The notes beneath the pieces were generated by a model, which saw only the letters and a list, made by a program, of their open reading frames with translations, was not told where the DNA came from and did no database searches. A stretch of DNA of 64,000 bases, taken from an uncultured Candidatus Saccharibacteria bacterium (GTDB lineage Bacteria; Patescibacteriota; JAQUNI01). The DNA lies in assembly GCA_964555185.1 (NCBI GenBank), contig CAZKRD010000002.1, forward strand, positions 120,438 through 184,437. The letters run 5' to 3'. Position numbers and translations under genes: made by a program. Shown here piece by piece: positions 1 to 9,241 of the stretch (within the stretch, counting starts at the first letter, position 1; each line of letters starts with the position of its first letter).

Positions 1-433
1 CATAATAATAGAGTGGTTTTTTTCCTATCCTATCCCTTATTAAAAAAATTTTACCCCTTTTTTTATCATAAATACAAAAAGCAAACATGCCATTTATTTT
101 TTCGAGCAACCTGTCAATCCCCCATTCTTCATAGCCATGAATTAGTATTTCCGTATCAGTGTTAGATCTAAAGTTGTGTTTTTGATAGAGTTCTTTTTTT
201 AAGGTTTGGTAATTATAAATTTCTCCATTACACACTATCCAGATATCTCCGTTCTCATTAGACATAGGCTGATTTCCAGCTTCAGACAGATCTATAATGC
301 TTAATCTTTTGAATCCTAACCTTATTTCATTTTCTTCATATTTTCCTTGATCATCAGGCCCTCTGTGCGCAATAGATTCTAGGTTTTTTTCTATGTTTAA
401 GTTTTGTCCAATAATACCGAATATACCACACAT
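1..433 (-). CDS. Asparagine synthetase/class-II glutamine amidotransferase, N-terminal part; the gene runs off the left edge of the window
   Basis: Minus-strand translation from the ATG at 433..431 gives MCGIFGIIGQ...RDRIGKKPLYYY. The catalytic N-terminal Cys and the amidotransferase-domain motifs match AsnB. There is no stop before position 1. The ORF track omits it because it is truncated. Confidence 0.6.
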   Translation of the reverse strand, partial: MCGIFGIIGQNLNIEKNLESIAHRGPDDQGKYEENEIRLGFKRLSIIDLSEAGNQPMSNENGDIWIVCNGEIYNYQTLKKELYQKHNFRSNTDTEILIHGYEEWGIDRLLEKINGMFAFCIYDKKRGKIFLIRDRIGKKPLYYY

Positions 434-629
434 AATTTTATATTTCTGACGCCGTGCCCCTCCATCAAGGAAATTTTTAAGAGTAAAATGTTTTTTGCCT
501 CTAAAAGCCACTAAACCGCATTTCTAATATATGCATGTATCACCTTTGGGAAAAATCTAGATTTTTCTATAATGATTATTGGCATTACATAACATACATT
601 TTTTCATATATTTATTCTCAGAGAGAAGA

Positions 630-2204
630 TTAATATTGTATTCTCAACCCTTTAAGGTAGCTTTGGACATACAATTTTGCTCTACTGATCACGAGGTGGG
701 GATTTTTTCCAATTGAATTGATCGCCCATAATACTTTTTCATTTAACGGTATTTTCTTTAGCGCAAGATGGTTAAGTTCTTGTAAAACGTTTTCTAAGTA
801 ACTAAAGGGCACAGTGTCACTGAAGGAGCGAATTACATTATCTCCATTATACATAAAAAAATTCTCAAATCTTTCTTGGTTACCAATAATGTTATGCTTT
901 TTGCAAAGATTCCATACTGCCGTTCCTGGATAAGGAACGGTAAGATAAACTTGAAAGAAATCTATCTTTTTAAGATTGGTTAAAATAAATTTTTTAGTTT
1001 CTTCGATCTCCGCTTTTGTCTCTGTTATAGAGCCGATCATGAAATTGCCAAATATATTTAATCCGGCCTTTCTAGTTGTTTCAATAGCCTTCTGATTTTG
1101 GGCTACCGAAACGGTTGGTCCTTTAAGAAACTTAAGCACTCGATCAGAACCGCTCTCAAAGCCAAATTCCAATTGTCTACAACCTGCTTGTTTCATTTTT
1201 CTTAGGAGAGGGAGCGCGTTTTTGTCAAGAAAATTTACTCTTACCTGACAGGACCAGATCATTTTTTTGTGATAACCTTTTTGGATCATCGCATTACAAA
1301 GTTTTATAACGCGGTCTCTATTGGCAATAAATAAATCATCATGAAAAAAGAGGGCTTTTACACTAAGATCATTAATTAATTCATCTATTTCTTTCATTAC
1401 ATAGGGAATGGAATGGGTCCTATATTTTTTTGCGATAATGTTGCTCGCGCAAAATTTGCATTGATAAGGGCAGCCTCGTGAAGTCAGAATACTTGTGCTT
1501 CGCCGAGCAGGAAGACCCCTGATCAATTGGCGAGGCGCTAAGTAATATTCGAGGTTAAAAAGTTTACGATCGGGGGGCGGAATTTTGTCTATATCCAAAA
1601 TAAGTTCTCGCTCGAGAGTTTTAATAATTCTACCATTCTTGGTTCGAAAAGCCAGCCCCTTTATTCTTTTTAAGCTGTCCGTGTTTAATTTGCCATCTTT
1701 TTTGAGCCAGGCTGTACATAGTTCGTTGATTGTTTCTTCAGCTTCGCCCAACAGGATAACATCTATTTTGGGATAATCGCGAAGTGTGCGTTCTGGTAAA
1801 ATTGATGCATGAATACCTCCGACAATAATTAAGACATCTTTTCTTATTTTTCTCATTTTACGTACTAGCGCGCCCGTTCTGACAATTTGGGGTGTGGTCG
1901 AGCTTATACCAACAATATCTGGTTTTTTCCGAAAAAAAATCTCCAAAATAGAATCCCCTGCGTTTTCATCTGCTAAACTGATATTAATATTACCCGGGTT
2001 ATATTTTTTCAGATATGATGAGATATAGCCAATCCCGAAAGATATATATTGATGTCTGCCTCTTACCGGAATTACCAATAATAGTTTTAATTTTTTTTTC
2101 ATGGAACAGAAATTCAATTTAGTCTTTCGGAGTAATGAAGAGCTCGGGGAAGGTTTTTTTTGGAAAATGAGTTTTATGAACTCTCTTGGATTTTTGGAAT
2201 GCAT
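630..2204 (-). CDS. Class B (cobalamin-binding) radical SAM enzyme
   Basis: 524 aa. The N-terminal B12-binding-like domain includes ...VGISSTTPQ...IIVGGIHAS.... The radical SAM motif is SRGCPYQCKFCAS (CxxxCxxC). Confidence 0.75.
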   Translation of the reverse strand: MHSKNPREFIKLIFQKKPSPSSSLLRKTKLNFCSMKKKLKLLLVIPVRGRHQYISFGIGYISSYLKKYNPGNINISLADENAGDSILEIFFRKKPDIVGISSTTPQIVRTGALVRKMRKIRKDVLIIVGGIHASILPERTLRDYPKIDVILLGEAEETINELCTAWLKKDGKLNTDSLKRIKGLAFRTKNGRIIKTLERELILDIDKIPPPDRKLFNLEYYLAPRQLIRGLPARRSTSILTSRGCPYQCKFCASNIIAKKYRTHSIPYVMKEIDELINDLSVKALFFHDDLFIANRDRVIKLCNAMIQKGYHKKMIWSCQVRVNFLDKNALPLLRKMKQAGCRQLEFGFESGSDRVLKFLKGPTVSVAQNQKAIETTRKAGLNIFGNFMIGSITETKAEIEETKKFILTNLKKIDFFQVYLTVPYPGTAVWNLCKKHNIIGNQERFENFFMYNGDNVIRSFSDTVPFSYLENVLQELNHLALKKIPLNEKVLWAINSIGKNPHLVISRAKLYVQSYLKGLRIQY

Positions 2205-2234
2205 ATTAGTTTTAACATTTTTAAGTGGCGAGAA

Positions 2235-3455
2235 TCAGGAAATTTTACAAATATCCTTAGAATCCTTACTCATAGCTTTTGATAACATATTAACCCACCT
2301 TGAATCCCCCAATACTTTAAAAGTATGTAATGTATTGGGTTTAATCACAAAAATATCTCCTTTTTTTACAATAAAATCTTTTTTTAAATTAGTATTTATA
2401 TCTAGTAAGGACACCTTAATCCTGCCATCTATAATATAGAAGCCCTCTTTAGTCTTTTTATGGTAATGGTTTCCCCTTGTGCATCCTTTTAGAGACTCAA
2501 TATAATTTATTTCTTCCCACTTTTCACCTTGCATAATTCCTGTCAATTTGCCTCGACCATCAGTAAAAGAAAAATAAGGGCTGATTAAATTTCCAAAAAG
2601 ATAATGTAACGATTTTTTTACGCTGGGACAAGAATCTCCTAATATCTGCCTGCTATATCCAGTATTCAATGAACTATCTTGAGCAATTGACCCATCTAAT
2701 GGTTGCCTGCATCTCTTAATTAATGATTTGTCTTTTCCCATTACTTTAGCTACCTGAACAGCAAAATTATAACGAGAGATTTTTTTCTTGCCCGCGATAT
2801 GGATAATGCCTCTATAATCTTTATTAATTAATTTTTCTATTGAGTCAGTAAGATAGTCAATATAGGTTGGTGTATAAAAGACATCATCAAAAATATCCAC
2901 TGTTTTGTTTTGTTTCAGGCAGTCTAATAAAAAATTAAAAAAGTTTCCGCCTCTTCCGTATACATTAGCGGTGCGACAAATGATATAATTTTTCAATTCA
3001 TCTTGAATATCCTTTTCCGACATGGCTTTTGTTTTGCCATAATAAGTTTTAGGATTTGTTGTCTCACTTTCTTTGTAATTGCCTTTTTTTCCGTCAAAAA
3101 TATAGTCAGATGACATAAAAACCAGCTTTATATTGGGATTAACTTTTGCTATTGCCTTAATAAAATTTTTTGTGCCGTCAATATTAACTCTTTGGGCATT
3201 TTTTTGATCTTTTTCGCATTGAGCTAAACTACTAATGCCAGCTGCGTGGATTATTATCTTAGGATGAACTTTTTTAACAATATCCAATACTGCTTTGATG
3301 CTGGTAATGTCTAATTTATAGGTCTTTTCTTTTTTAGATTGATTTAAAGTTGAAGCATAAATATCATAATTATTATCATTCTGCAGCTTTTGTCTTAAGT
3401 TGGATCCAATGTAACCATCAGCTCCGGTAATTAATATTGTTTTTTTGTTTTCCAT
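2235..3455 (-). CDS. Fused NAD-dependent sugar epimerase/reductase (N-terminal) and cupin (C-terminal) domains; a sugar-nucleotide modifying enzyme
   Basis: The N-terminus has the Rossmann motif ILITGADGYIGSNL and an RmlD/epimerase-like fold, including YGKTK. The C-terminal ~130 aa look like an RmlC/FdtA-type cupin (HYHKKTKEGFYIIDGRIKV...). Confidence 0.55.
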   Translation of the reverse strand: MENKKTILITGADGYIGSNLRQKLQNDNNYDIYASTLNQSKKEKTYKLDITSIKAVLDIVKKVHPKIIIHAAGISSLAQCEKDQKNAQRVNIDGTKNFIKAIAKVNPNIKLVFMSSDYIFDGKKGNYKESETTNPKTYYGKTKAMSEKDIQDELKNYIICRTANVYGRGGNFFNFLLDCLKQNKTVDIFDDVFYTPTYIDYLTDSIEKLINKDYRGIIHIAGKKKISRYNFAVQVAKVMGKDKSLIKRCRQPLDGSIAQDSSLNTGYSRQILGDSCPSVKKSLHYLFGNLISPYFSFTDGRGKLTGIMQGEKWEEINYIESLKGCTRGNHYHKKTKEGFYIIDGRIKVSLLDINTNLKKDFIVKKGDIFVIKPNTLHTFKVLGDSRWVNMLSKAMSKDSKDICKIS

Positions 3456-3469
3456 AATTTATAAAGTTT

Positions 3470-4903
3470 TTATTTATTATTAGGTTTAGACATTTTAATA
3501 GAATAAGCTAATATTTTTTTAGTTGCTGTCAACAAGCCCTCTCTTTTGATTTCGCTTGTTATAAAAAAACCTAATGTCTTTGGCTTTTTGAACAATACAT
3601 GTCTATACCACATCTTCCAGCCCAAATGAAACATTTCCTCAATTTTATTTGCTGGATAATCCAGATATGAGACCGCGCTTTTTCCAGTTGCATCAAAATA
3701 ACCAGGATCTTCAGAGATTAGCCATCCGTTTGTCTTCGCCTTTTTGTAAAATGTCGTACCAGGATAGGGTGTGGCAATAGCTATTTGGACAAGATCAGGA
3801 TTTGCGGCAATAACATCTTGTAACATCTGGTAATCCTTCTTCCACGTTGATTTACACAAACCGACCATCAAATTGACATAAGATTTCATCCCTAATTTTT
3901 TACATTGCTTAATAATTTCTAAAAGCCTTTCTCTTTTCAAGGGCTTTGGAATTGCCTTCAAAACATCTTGATCTAAATGTTCTAAGCCATATTTGTAAGT
4001 CACACATCCCGCCCTGGCCAGAAGTTCCAATGTTTCGTCATCCACTAAGCCGTCACCCATACATAGCCACTTCACTTTTAGTTTTCTGTTCATTATTTCT
4101 CCACAGATCCCATCTATATGTTTTTTGCTAGAGACCATATTATCGTCATCAAAATAAATTTCGTCAAATTTATATTTTTTTTGTAAATATTCCATCTCAT
4201 CCACTACGCTCTTGGCACTCCTCATACGGTAGACGTGTTTTCCGTAAAAGGATTCTACATTGCAGAAGCTGCACTTAAGACGGCAGCCCCTTGATGAAAC
4301 CATAATAATATTTCTGCCGTAGCAAGAAGGCTCATTATAATATTCAATCGGGGTATCATCTCTTTCGGGGAAAGGCAACAAATCTAAATCCGTAACTAAA
4401 TCAGGTTTATCATATTTTCTTTTTTGTGCGCTGATGAAATTCTTAGGGAGAATTTTACGATCAGATTTAAAAAATTCCAAAAGAGAAAATTCGTATTCAC
4501 CAACAATAGAATAATCAACCCGTGTTTTTTTTAAACACTCAAAAGGGTAATTTGTCGCGTAATTACCCACAGCTATTTTTTTAATATTTTTATCAACTGA
4601 ATCAAGTAACCTTTTATCATCTTCTACGCTAATCCATGTTGGTTCACAGACAATATGAGTTGGTTTAATTTTTTCTATAAAATCAATTGTTTTCTCAAAA
4701 CTCCATTTCATAGCCACTGCATCTTTGAAAACAGCATCAAGTCCATTCCTTTTTAATAAAGATGTTGTATATCCCATAAACCACGGATAGGGATAATATC
4801 TTAAAACGGCAGATCCCTCTTTGGTGGTGTTATACCATCTTGATCCGGACTTTAATACTAAACCCGGTAAATTAAGTATGAGTATTTTGTGCATTTGAAT
4901 CAA
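3470..4903 (-). CDS. Class B (cobalamin-binding) radical SAM enzyme
   Basis: 477 aa. The motif SSRGCRLKCSFCNV is a CxxxCxxC. An N-terminal B12-binding-like region is present. Its architecture matches the 630..2204 protein. Confidence 0.75.
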   Translation of the reverse strand: MIQMHKILILNLPGLVLKSGSRWYNTTKEGSAVLRYYPYPWFMGYTTSLLKRNGLDAVFKDAVAMKWSFEKTIDFIEKIKPTHIVCEPTWISVEDDKRLLDSVDKNIKKIAVGNYATNYPFECLKKTRVDYSIVGEYEFSLLEFFKSDRKILPKNFISAQKRKYDKPDLVTDLDLLPFPERDDTPIEYYNEPSCYGRNIIMVSSRGCRLKCSFCNVESFYGKHVYRMRSAKSVVDEMEYLQKKYKFDEIYFDDDNMVSSKKHIDGICGEIMNRKLKVKWLCMGDGLVDDETLELLARAGCVTYKYGLEHLDQDVLKAIPKPLKRERLLEIIKQCKKLGMKSYVNLMVGLCKSTWKKDYQMLQDVIAANPDLVQIAIATPYPGTTFYKKAKTNGWLISEDPGYFDATGKSAVSYLDYPANKIEEMFHLGWKMWYRHVLFKKPKTLGFFITSEIKREGLLTATKKILAYSIKMSKPNNK

Positions 4904-4919
4904 TTTTTTAGAAAACTAA

Positions 4920-6137
4920 TTATATAATGCAATCGGACAGATTTTTAGTAAGTAATTTATTAATATCTATGGTTTTGACAAACTCTTTGATATTAGCTTG
5001 ATACTCCTTCTGGAGATTTTCATCCAAAATAAATCTTTTTATTACCTTGATGATTTCATCTTTTTTATTATTAACCGCCAAGCAAACTCTCTTCTTACCT
5101 AATTCTTGAACAATGGCTGGAACCTTGGAAGCAATAGTTGGTATTCCAAAGCTTAAATAATATTTCACCTTGGCTGGTTCAGTGTATTTCATAAAATTTT
5201 CTTCATCTTTGTACAAAGCTACTCCTAAAATATTATTCACCATAAGTTTTGTGAATTTTTTTCCCTCTTCCACAAATCCATGAAAAATAATATTTTTTTC
5301 TAAACCTAATTTTTTTGCCAATTTTTTAAAATACTCTTCGTCCGGGCCACTGCCAATCAAGTTTAATTTGATTTTTTTAAATTCTTTTGCGAGTTCAAGA
5401 ACCACACTAAATAATAGATCAAGTAGATGATATCTATTTATGACGCCGCAATACACCAAAGAGAACTTATTATTCTCATTAATCGGCTTAGAAATAAATT
5501 TTTTCACATCTATCCCTAGAGGAATAATTTGATAGTCATGTTTACGGCGATCAAAATACCCGTATTTTTCTCTACCAATTATATGGCCTAGGGTGGTAAA
5601 CCAGATTGAATCGCTATTATTTAAACAAAATTGATCAATAATATAAAACACCCTATTTAAATATCTATATATACCCGCTGGTGGTAAAGGAAAAAAATCC
5701 ATTACGCGATAGATAACAAAATCAACTTTCCCTAACTTTTTTAGGATTAATCCACACAAGGTGCAAAAATAGTTGACCCCCATAAAGATCCTCTTCTTCC
5801 GCCTTGGCCTTTTCCGCAATAGAATAAGTGCTTGAGATAAATAAATAAGATAATTTAACGGTAGAAACAAAAAATACAAAAATTTATTATCAAAAACAGG
5901 TATTGAAAAGATAACTCTCTCGGATACCTTTGATTTATCTCTATAATGAATTAACGAAGAATGCATTCCCCCTTTACTATGGGGAAATTTCCATTTAAGG
6001 TAGGTAAAGTCAGCAAAATTATTAATAAAGTAACTGACATAGTTTTCTAACCCAACCGGCACAAATGAACAAAATAATAGACTGTTTTTTTTGTCCATAG
6101 TATTGCTTTTTATATTTCCAGCTTTTCCAAAGAACAT
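4920..6137 (-). CDS. Glycosyltransferase, family 1 (GT4-like)
   Basis: 405 aa. The C-terminal GT1 signature is ...LVYCGVINRYHLLDLL...IGSGPDEEY...FHGFVEE.... Confidence 0.55.
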   Translation of the reverse strand: MFFGKAGNIKSNTMDKKNSLLFCSFVPVGLENYVSYFINNFADFTYLKWKFPHSKGGMHSSLIHYRDKSKVSERVIFSIPVFDNKFLYFLFLPLNYLIYLSQALILLRKRPRRKKRIFMGVNYFCTLCGLILKKLGKVDFVIYRVMDFFPLPPAGIYRYLNRVFYIIDQFCLNNSDSIWFTTLGHIIGREKYGYFDRRKHDYQIIPLGIDVKKFISKPINENNKFSLVYCGVINRYHLLDLLFSVVLELAKEFKKIKLNLIGSGPDEEYFKKLAKKLGLEKNIIFHGFVEEGKKFTKLMVNNILGVALYKDEENFMKYTEPAKVKYYLSFGIPTIASKVPAIVQELGKKRVCLAVNNKKDEIIKVIKRFILDENLQKEYQANIKEFVKTIDINKLLTKNLSDCII

Positions 6138-6309
6138 TCTAATTTAAATTCTTGCGTGGGAATAAAGCAATTTAGGTTGTTTAAGAATTTCATTAACTAT
6201 TAAACTGCTTCATTTCCTTTATATTAACCTAGGGGTAATTTTTTGTCCAACGCTTCTACTAAAAAGTACCTACACTTTTTAAGTGATTTTTTAAATAGTG
6301 AACATTTTC

Positions 6310-6975
6310 TCATCGATTTTTTAGATGACTATTATATCTGGTAAGATGACCCTGACTTCCCTTTTTATAACATAAAAGCTTTCCTGAACTTGGCTTGGGG
6401 ACGCAGATATTGGGTTTAGCTAGTTTTTTGTATTTTAAGAAAAAAAGAAGACCGGCACTCAAGGTGGGAATGAAAATCAAATTACTAACAATGCTATTTT
6501 TTAAGAAAGGTAAAGCCATGATATAACATTGAGTTAGCCCTGAAATTGTATGAGGATACATATTCCAGAGAAGCCAGACGCCAAAATTAGTATAAAGATA
6601 AAAAAACACAGAAGCTCCCATTCCCATTCCGGTCAAGCTTAAAATAAATTTATAATTGTACCCTCGTTTTTTTCGGATCAGCCAACCCAAAAAACCGATG
6701 ACTGCCCAGGCCGACCACGTAAAGAGCAGGATGGGATCATTGCCGATGTACATATCAGAGAGTGCGATCATCGTGAGAGGGACGATAAAAGTGTAAAGAC
6801 CACCCAAAAGCGACCCAGCCAAGAGAGTGCAGACGGTGATTGTTTCGATATTAGGAATGTCCTTTAAGAGAATCCGGCCTCCAGCGCCTAAAACAATCAA
6901 AAAGACAGCAAGTTTCATTTTTGTTTTGTTTAGATTTTTTGTTTCCATATTTTTTTCAAAAGGAACTCTCTTCAA
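6310..6975 (-). CDS. ECF-transporter S-component-like membrane protein; possibly a CbrT-type cobalamin substrate-capture component
   Basis: 221 aa, about 6 predicted TM helices, with the size and topology of ECF S-components. It overlaps the downstream DUF4430 gene by 20 nt. Confidence 0.4.
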   Translation of the reverse strand: MKRVPFEKNMETKNLNKTKMKLAVFLIVLGAGGRILLKDIPNIETITVCTLLAGSLLGGLYTFIVPLTMIALSDMYIGNDPILLFTWSAWAVIGFLGWLIRKKRGYNYKFILSLTGMGMGASVFFYLYTNFGVWLLWNMYPHTISGLTQCYIMALPFLKNSIVSNLIFIPTLSAGLLFFLKYKKLAKPNICVPKPSSGKLLCYKKGSQGHLTRYNSHLKNR

Positions 6976-7393
6976 ATTTAAATTCTATTTTGTCTCCGGG
7001 TGAAACTTTTTGTTCAGAAACCCCCACCGGCGCCATTTCGGAATTAAAATAGTAGAGCCAGTATTTGTTTTGCTCTCCGTTTTTGATACCGTCAATTGCC
7101 TCAACTAAAACACCAAAATCGTATTCTTTAATCTCGAGAGTAATCTTATTTTGACCTGCTAATTCTAAAAGGAGCGCATAAACAGTTTTTTCTTCGCTAA
7201 AGTATAGATCAAAACTTTTAGTTTTGTTATTGCCGAAGTCGATCGTAAAATTGATTTTTTCTTTTTCTTCAGTTTTTGGGATAGGTTCGGTTTTGGGTTC
7301 TTGGCTATTGGTGTCTTGTTCCGGACAGCCAGCTCCGGTGATGATCATTAAGGAGAGAAGCAAGGGGATTAAGAGAATAGTTTTTTTACACAT
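6956..7393 (-). CDS. DUF4430-family lipoprotein (transcobalamin-like fold; putative B12-binding)
   Basis: Signal peptide plus lipobox (ITGAGC). The C-terminal KYWLYYFNSE...VSPGDKIEFKF resembles the DUF4430 consensus (W.YYVNG...DGD.I.W.Y). Confidence 0.5.
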   Translation of the reverse strand: MCKKTILLIPLLLSLMIITGAGCPEQDTNSQEPKTEPIPKTEEKEKINFTIDFGNNKTKSFDLYFSEEKTVYALLLELAGQNKITLEIKEYDFGVLVEAIDGIKNGEQNKYWLYYFNSEMAPVGVSEQKVSPGDKIEFKFEESSF

Positions 7394-7432
7394 AAGTTGT
7401 TTTGAGTTTTAATTCAATAGTATATTCTACAA

Positions 7433-8266
7433 TTAAATCTGAAATAAATCAAATATTTTTTCCGAAAAAAAGAAGTTATCTTTTTTTAAAACGAAATTGT
7501 TATGGTGAGCCAGGATAGAGAACGGTGAGCGGTCTAAGAGAGGGGTCAGTCGTCGCAAGAGAGGATAAAGCCGATTAGTGATTCTAGGGGGATATTCAGG
7601 AATTAAGTTCGATTTCCAGCTTTGAACTATACTTAAGCCGTGTTTTTTAAAAAGAAGTTTAATCTCTGTGTCACCAAAAAGAACATTGTGTTTAGGAAAG
7701 CCCAAAGCAGCGGACAGGTACTCAAGATAAGCCAGTCGTCTTGGGGTTTTAAAGATAAACAATAGTCCATTGTCTTTTAATACTCTTTTTAGTTCGGTTA
7801 AGACCCCATTTAATTCCTCGGGTGGTTCCACGTGTTCAATGACGGCGTAGGCGGTAATCAGATCAAAGTGTTTATCCGGAAAAGGAATCTCCCGGTCATT
7901 GAAATGGCTAAAATTGATTCCGAATGTTTTGTGGAATTTTTCCCAGATTAGTTTTTGTTGAATCAGGGTGTCGCTAAAATTCGGATCTCTCTGGCTTTTG
8001 TTGTTTTTTGTGTCAATTGCTTGGATTTCTACTCCATTAATCAGTTGGGAGAGAATGATTGCGAAAATTCCTGATCCAGTGCCAAAGTCTAGGATCTTAA
8101 AGCCATTTTTTAGATATTTTGCGGTAAATCTCGCGTCCGAATAGACAGAATCCATATAGAGCCTGCCGGAGAGCATGTATTCAATAGATGTTAAATAAGA
8201 CCACTGATTTTTTTTGTTGTTGGCTTGGCTGACAACATTAAATATTTTTTGAGTGGTTGGCCTCAT
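7433..8266 (-). CDS. Class I SAM-dependent methyltransferase
   Basis: Motif I ILDFGTGSGIFAI. Acidic motif II is present. 277 aa. Confidence 0.65.
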   Translation of the reverse strand: MRPTTQKIFNVVSQANNKKNQWSYLTSIEYMLSGRLYMDSVYSDARFTAKYLKNGFKILDFGTGSGIFAIILSQLINGVEIQAIDTKNNKSQRDPNFSDTLIQQKLIWEKFHKTFGINFSHFNDREIPFPDKHFDLITAYAVIEHVEPPEELNGVLTELKRVLKDNGLLFIFKTPRRLAYLEYLSAALGFPKHNVLFGDTEIKLLFKKHGLSIVQSWKSNLIPEYPPRITNRLYPLLRRLTPLLDRSPFSILAHHNNFVLKKDNFFFSEKIFDLFQI

Positions 8267-8299
8267 TTGATTAAATTAAAACTGGGGCCTCTGCAAAAT

Positions 8300-9238
8300 C
8301 TAAGATTTTGCGGGGTTTATTTTAGGATGATATTTTTTAATCTTTGGCAGGATTTTGATTCCGGCAGCAAACCCCTTAAGATAAGGTCTAATTCGGTTCA
8401 ATTGAGCGTAACGGATAAAGATCAGACAGTAGGAACAAAGGAAGAGCGGGTTGAAGAGCAAGAGGAAAATCAGGAAGTTAGGCAGGGGCGCAAATTTTTT
8501 CATAAAGATTATTCGGTTGCGGGCAAAATAGTAGATCCGGTAGGCCGTGCTTCTGACCATCACATTTTCAGCGAGATCGGTAGGGATCGCGATATCGTGA
8601 TAGACTAAAGCTTCCGGACAAAACAGTACTTTGTAGCCATTGAGTTTTATTCTCATGCTCCAATCCGCTTCCCCGTAGCTCATTACGTAGCGAGGATCCA
8701 TCATTCCTATTTTTCCGATTATCTCTCTTTTTACCAGCCAGACATTAGGCGCATGGTCAGTTTCTTTTACTCTATTGTATTGTCCCCTGTCAATTTCGTT
8801 GAGGCCAATGTATTTTGTTCGGCTGGTTAAAAGGTTTACTTTGTTTCCGGCAAACCAGATCCGATTTGGCTCTTTCAAATAATACATTTTAGGGGCGACT
8901 AAGCCCGCTTGACTGTTGTTTTGAGCGAGCTCAACAAGTTTTTTTAAGAAGTTTGGATCAAAAACATTATCACTGTCAACAAAGCAAAGTAGATCACCGA
9001 CCGCCTGCTTGATTCCTTCGTTTCTAGCGATTACCGCTCCCCCATTAGTTTTCCGTTTTATTAATTTGGTTTGGGGAAACAATCTCTCGATCATCGCATT
9101 TGTTTTATCGGTTGAAGCATTGTCCACTATGATAATTTCAAAAGGGCCGTAACTGGCGCGGAGCAATGAATTTAGGCACCGCTTAAGTTTTGCTTGGCGG
9201 TTGTAGGTCGGGATAATAATTGAGACCAGCGGATCCAT
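8300..9238 (-). CDS. Glycosyltransferase family 2, with C-terminal TM segments
   Basis: N-terminal SIIIPTYNR, DNASTD, and the DxD region VDSDN. Confidence 0.7.
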   Translation of the reverse strand: MDPLVSIIIPTYNRQAKLKRCLNSLLRASYGPFEIIIVDNASTDKTNAMIERLFPQTKLIKRKTNGGAVIARNEGIKQAVGDLLCFVDSDNVFDPNFLKKLVELAQNNSQAGLVAPKMYYLKEPNRIWFAGNKVNLLTSRTKYIGLNEIDRGQYNRVKETDHAPNVWLVKREIIGKIGMMDPRYVMSYGEADWSMRIKLNGYKVLFCPEALVYHDIAIPTDLAENVMVRSTAYRIYYFARNRIIFMKKFAPLPNFLIFLLLFNPLFLCSYCLIFIRYAQLNRIRPYLKGFAAGIKILPKIKKYHPKINPAKS

Positions 9239-9241
9239 ATT

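Noticed and set aside
1585-1776. Numerous 60-160-aa ORFs in the track lying antisense to or out of frame within large conserved CDSs (e.g. 1585..1776, 2101..2439, 3946..4131, 8225..8608, 11564..11833, 13204..13461, 37061..37375, 38067..38558, 43214..44021, 47939..48220)
   Set aside because: They are embedded in genes with clear homology-type motifs on the other strand or frame. This is typical of spurious ORFs. None has a recognisable domain or an RBS context.
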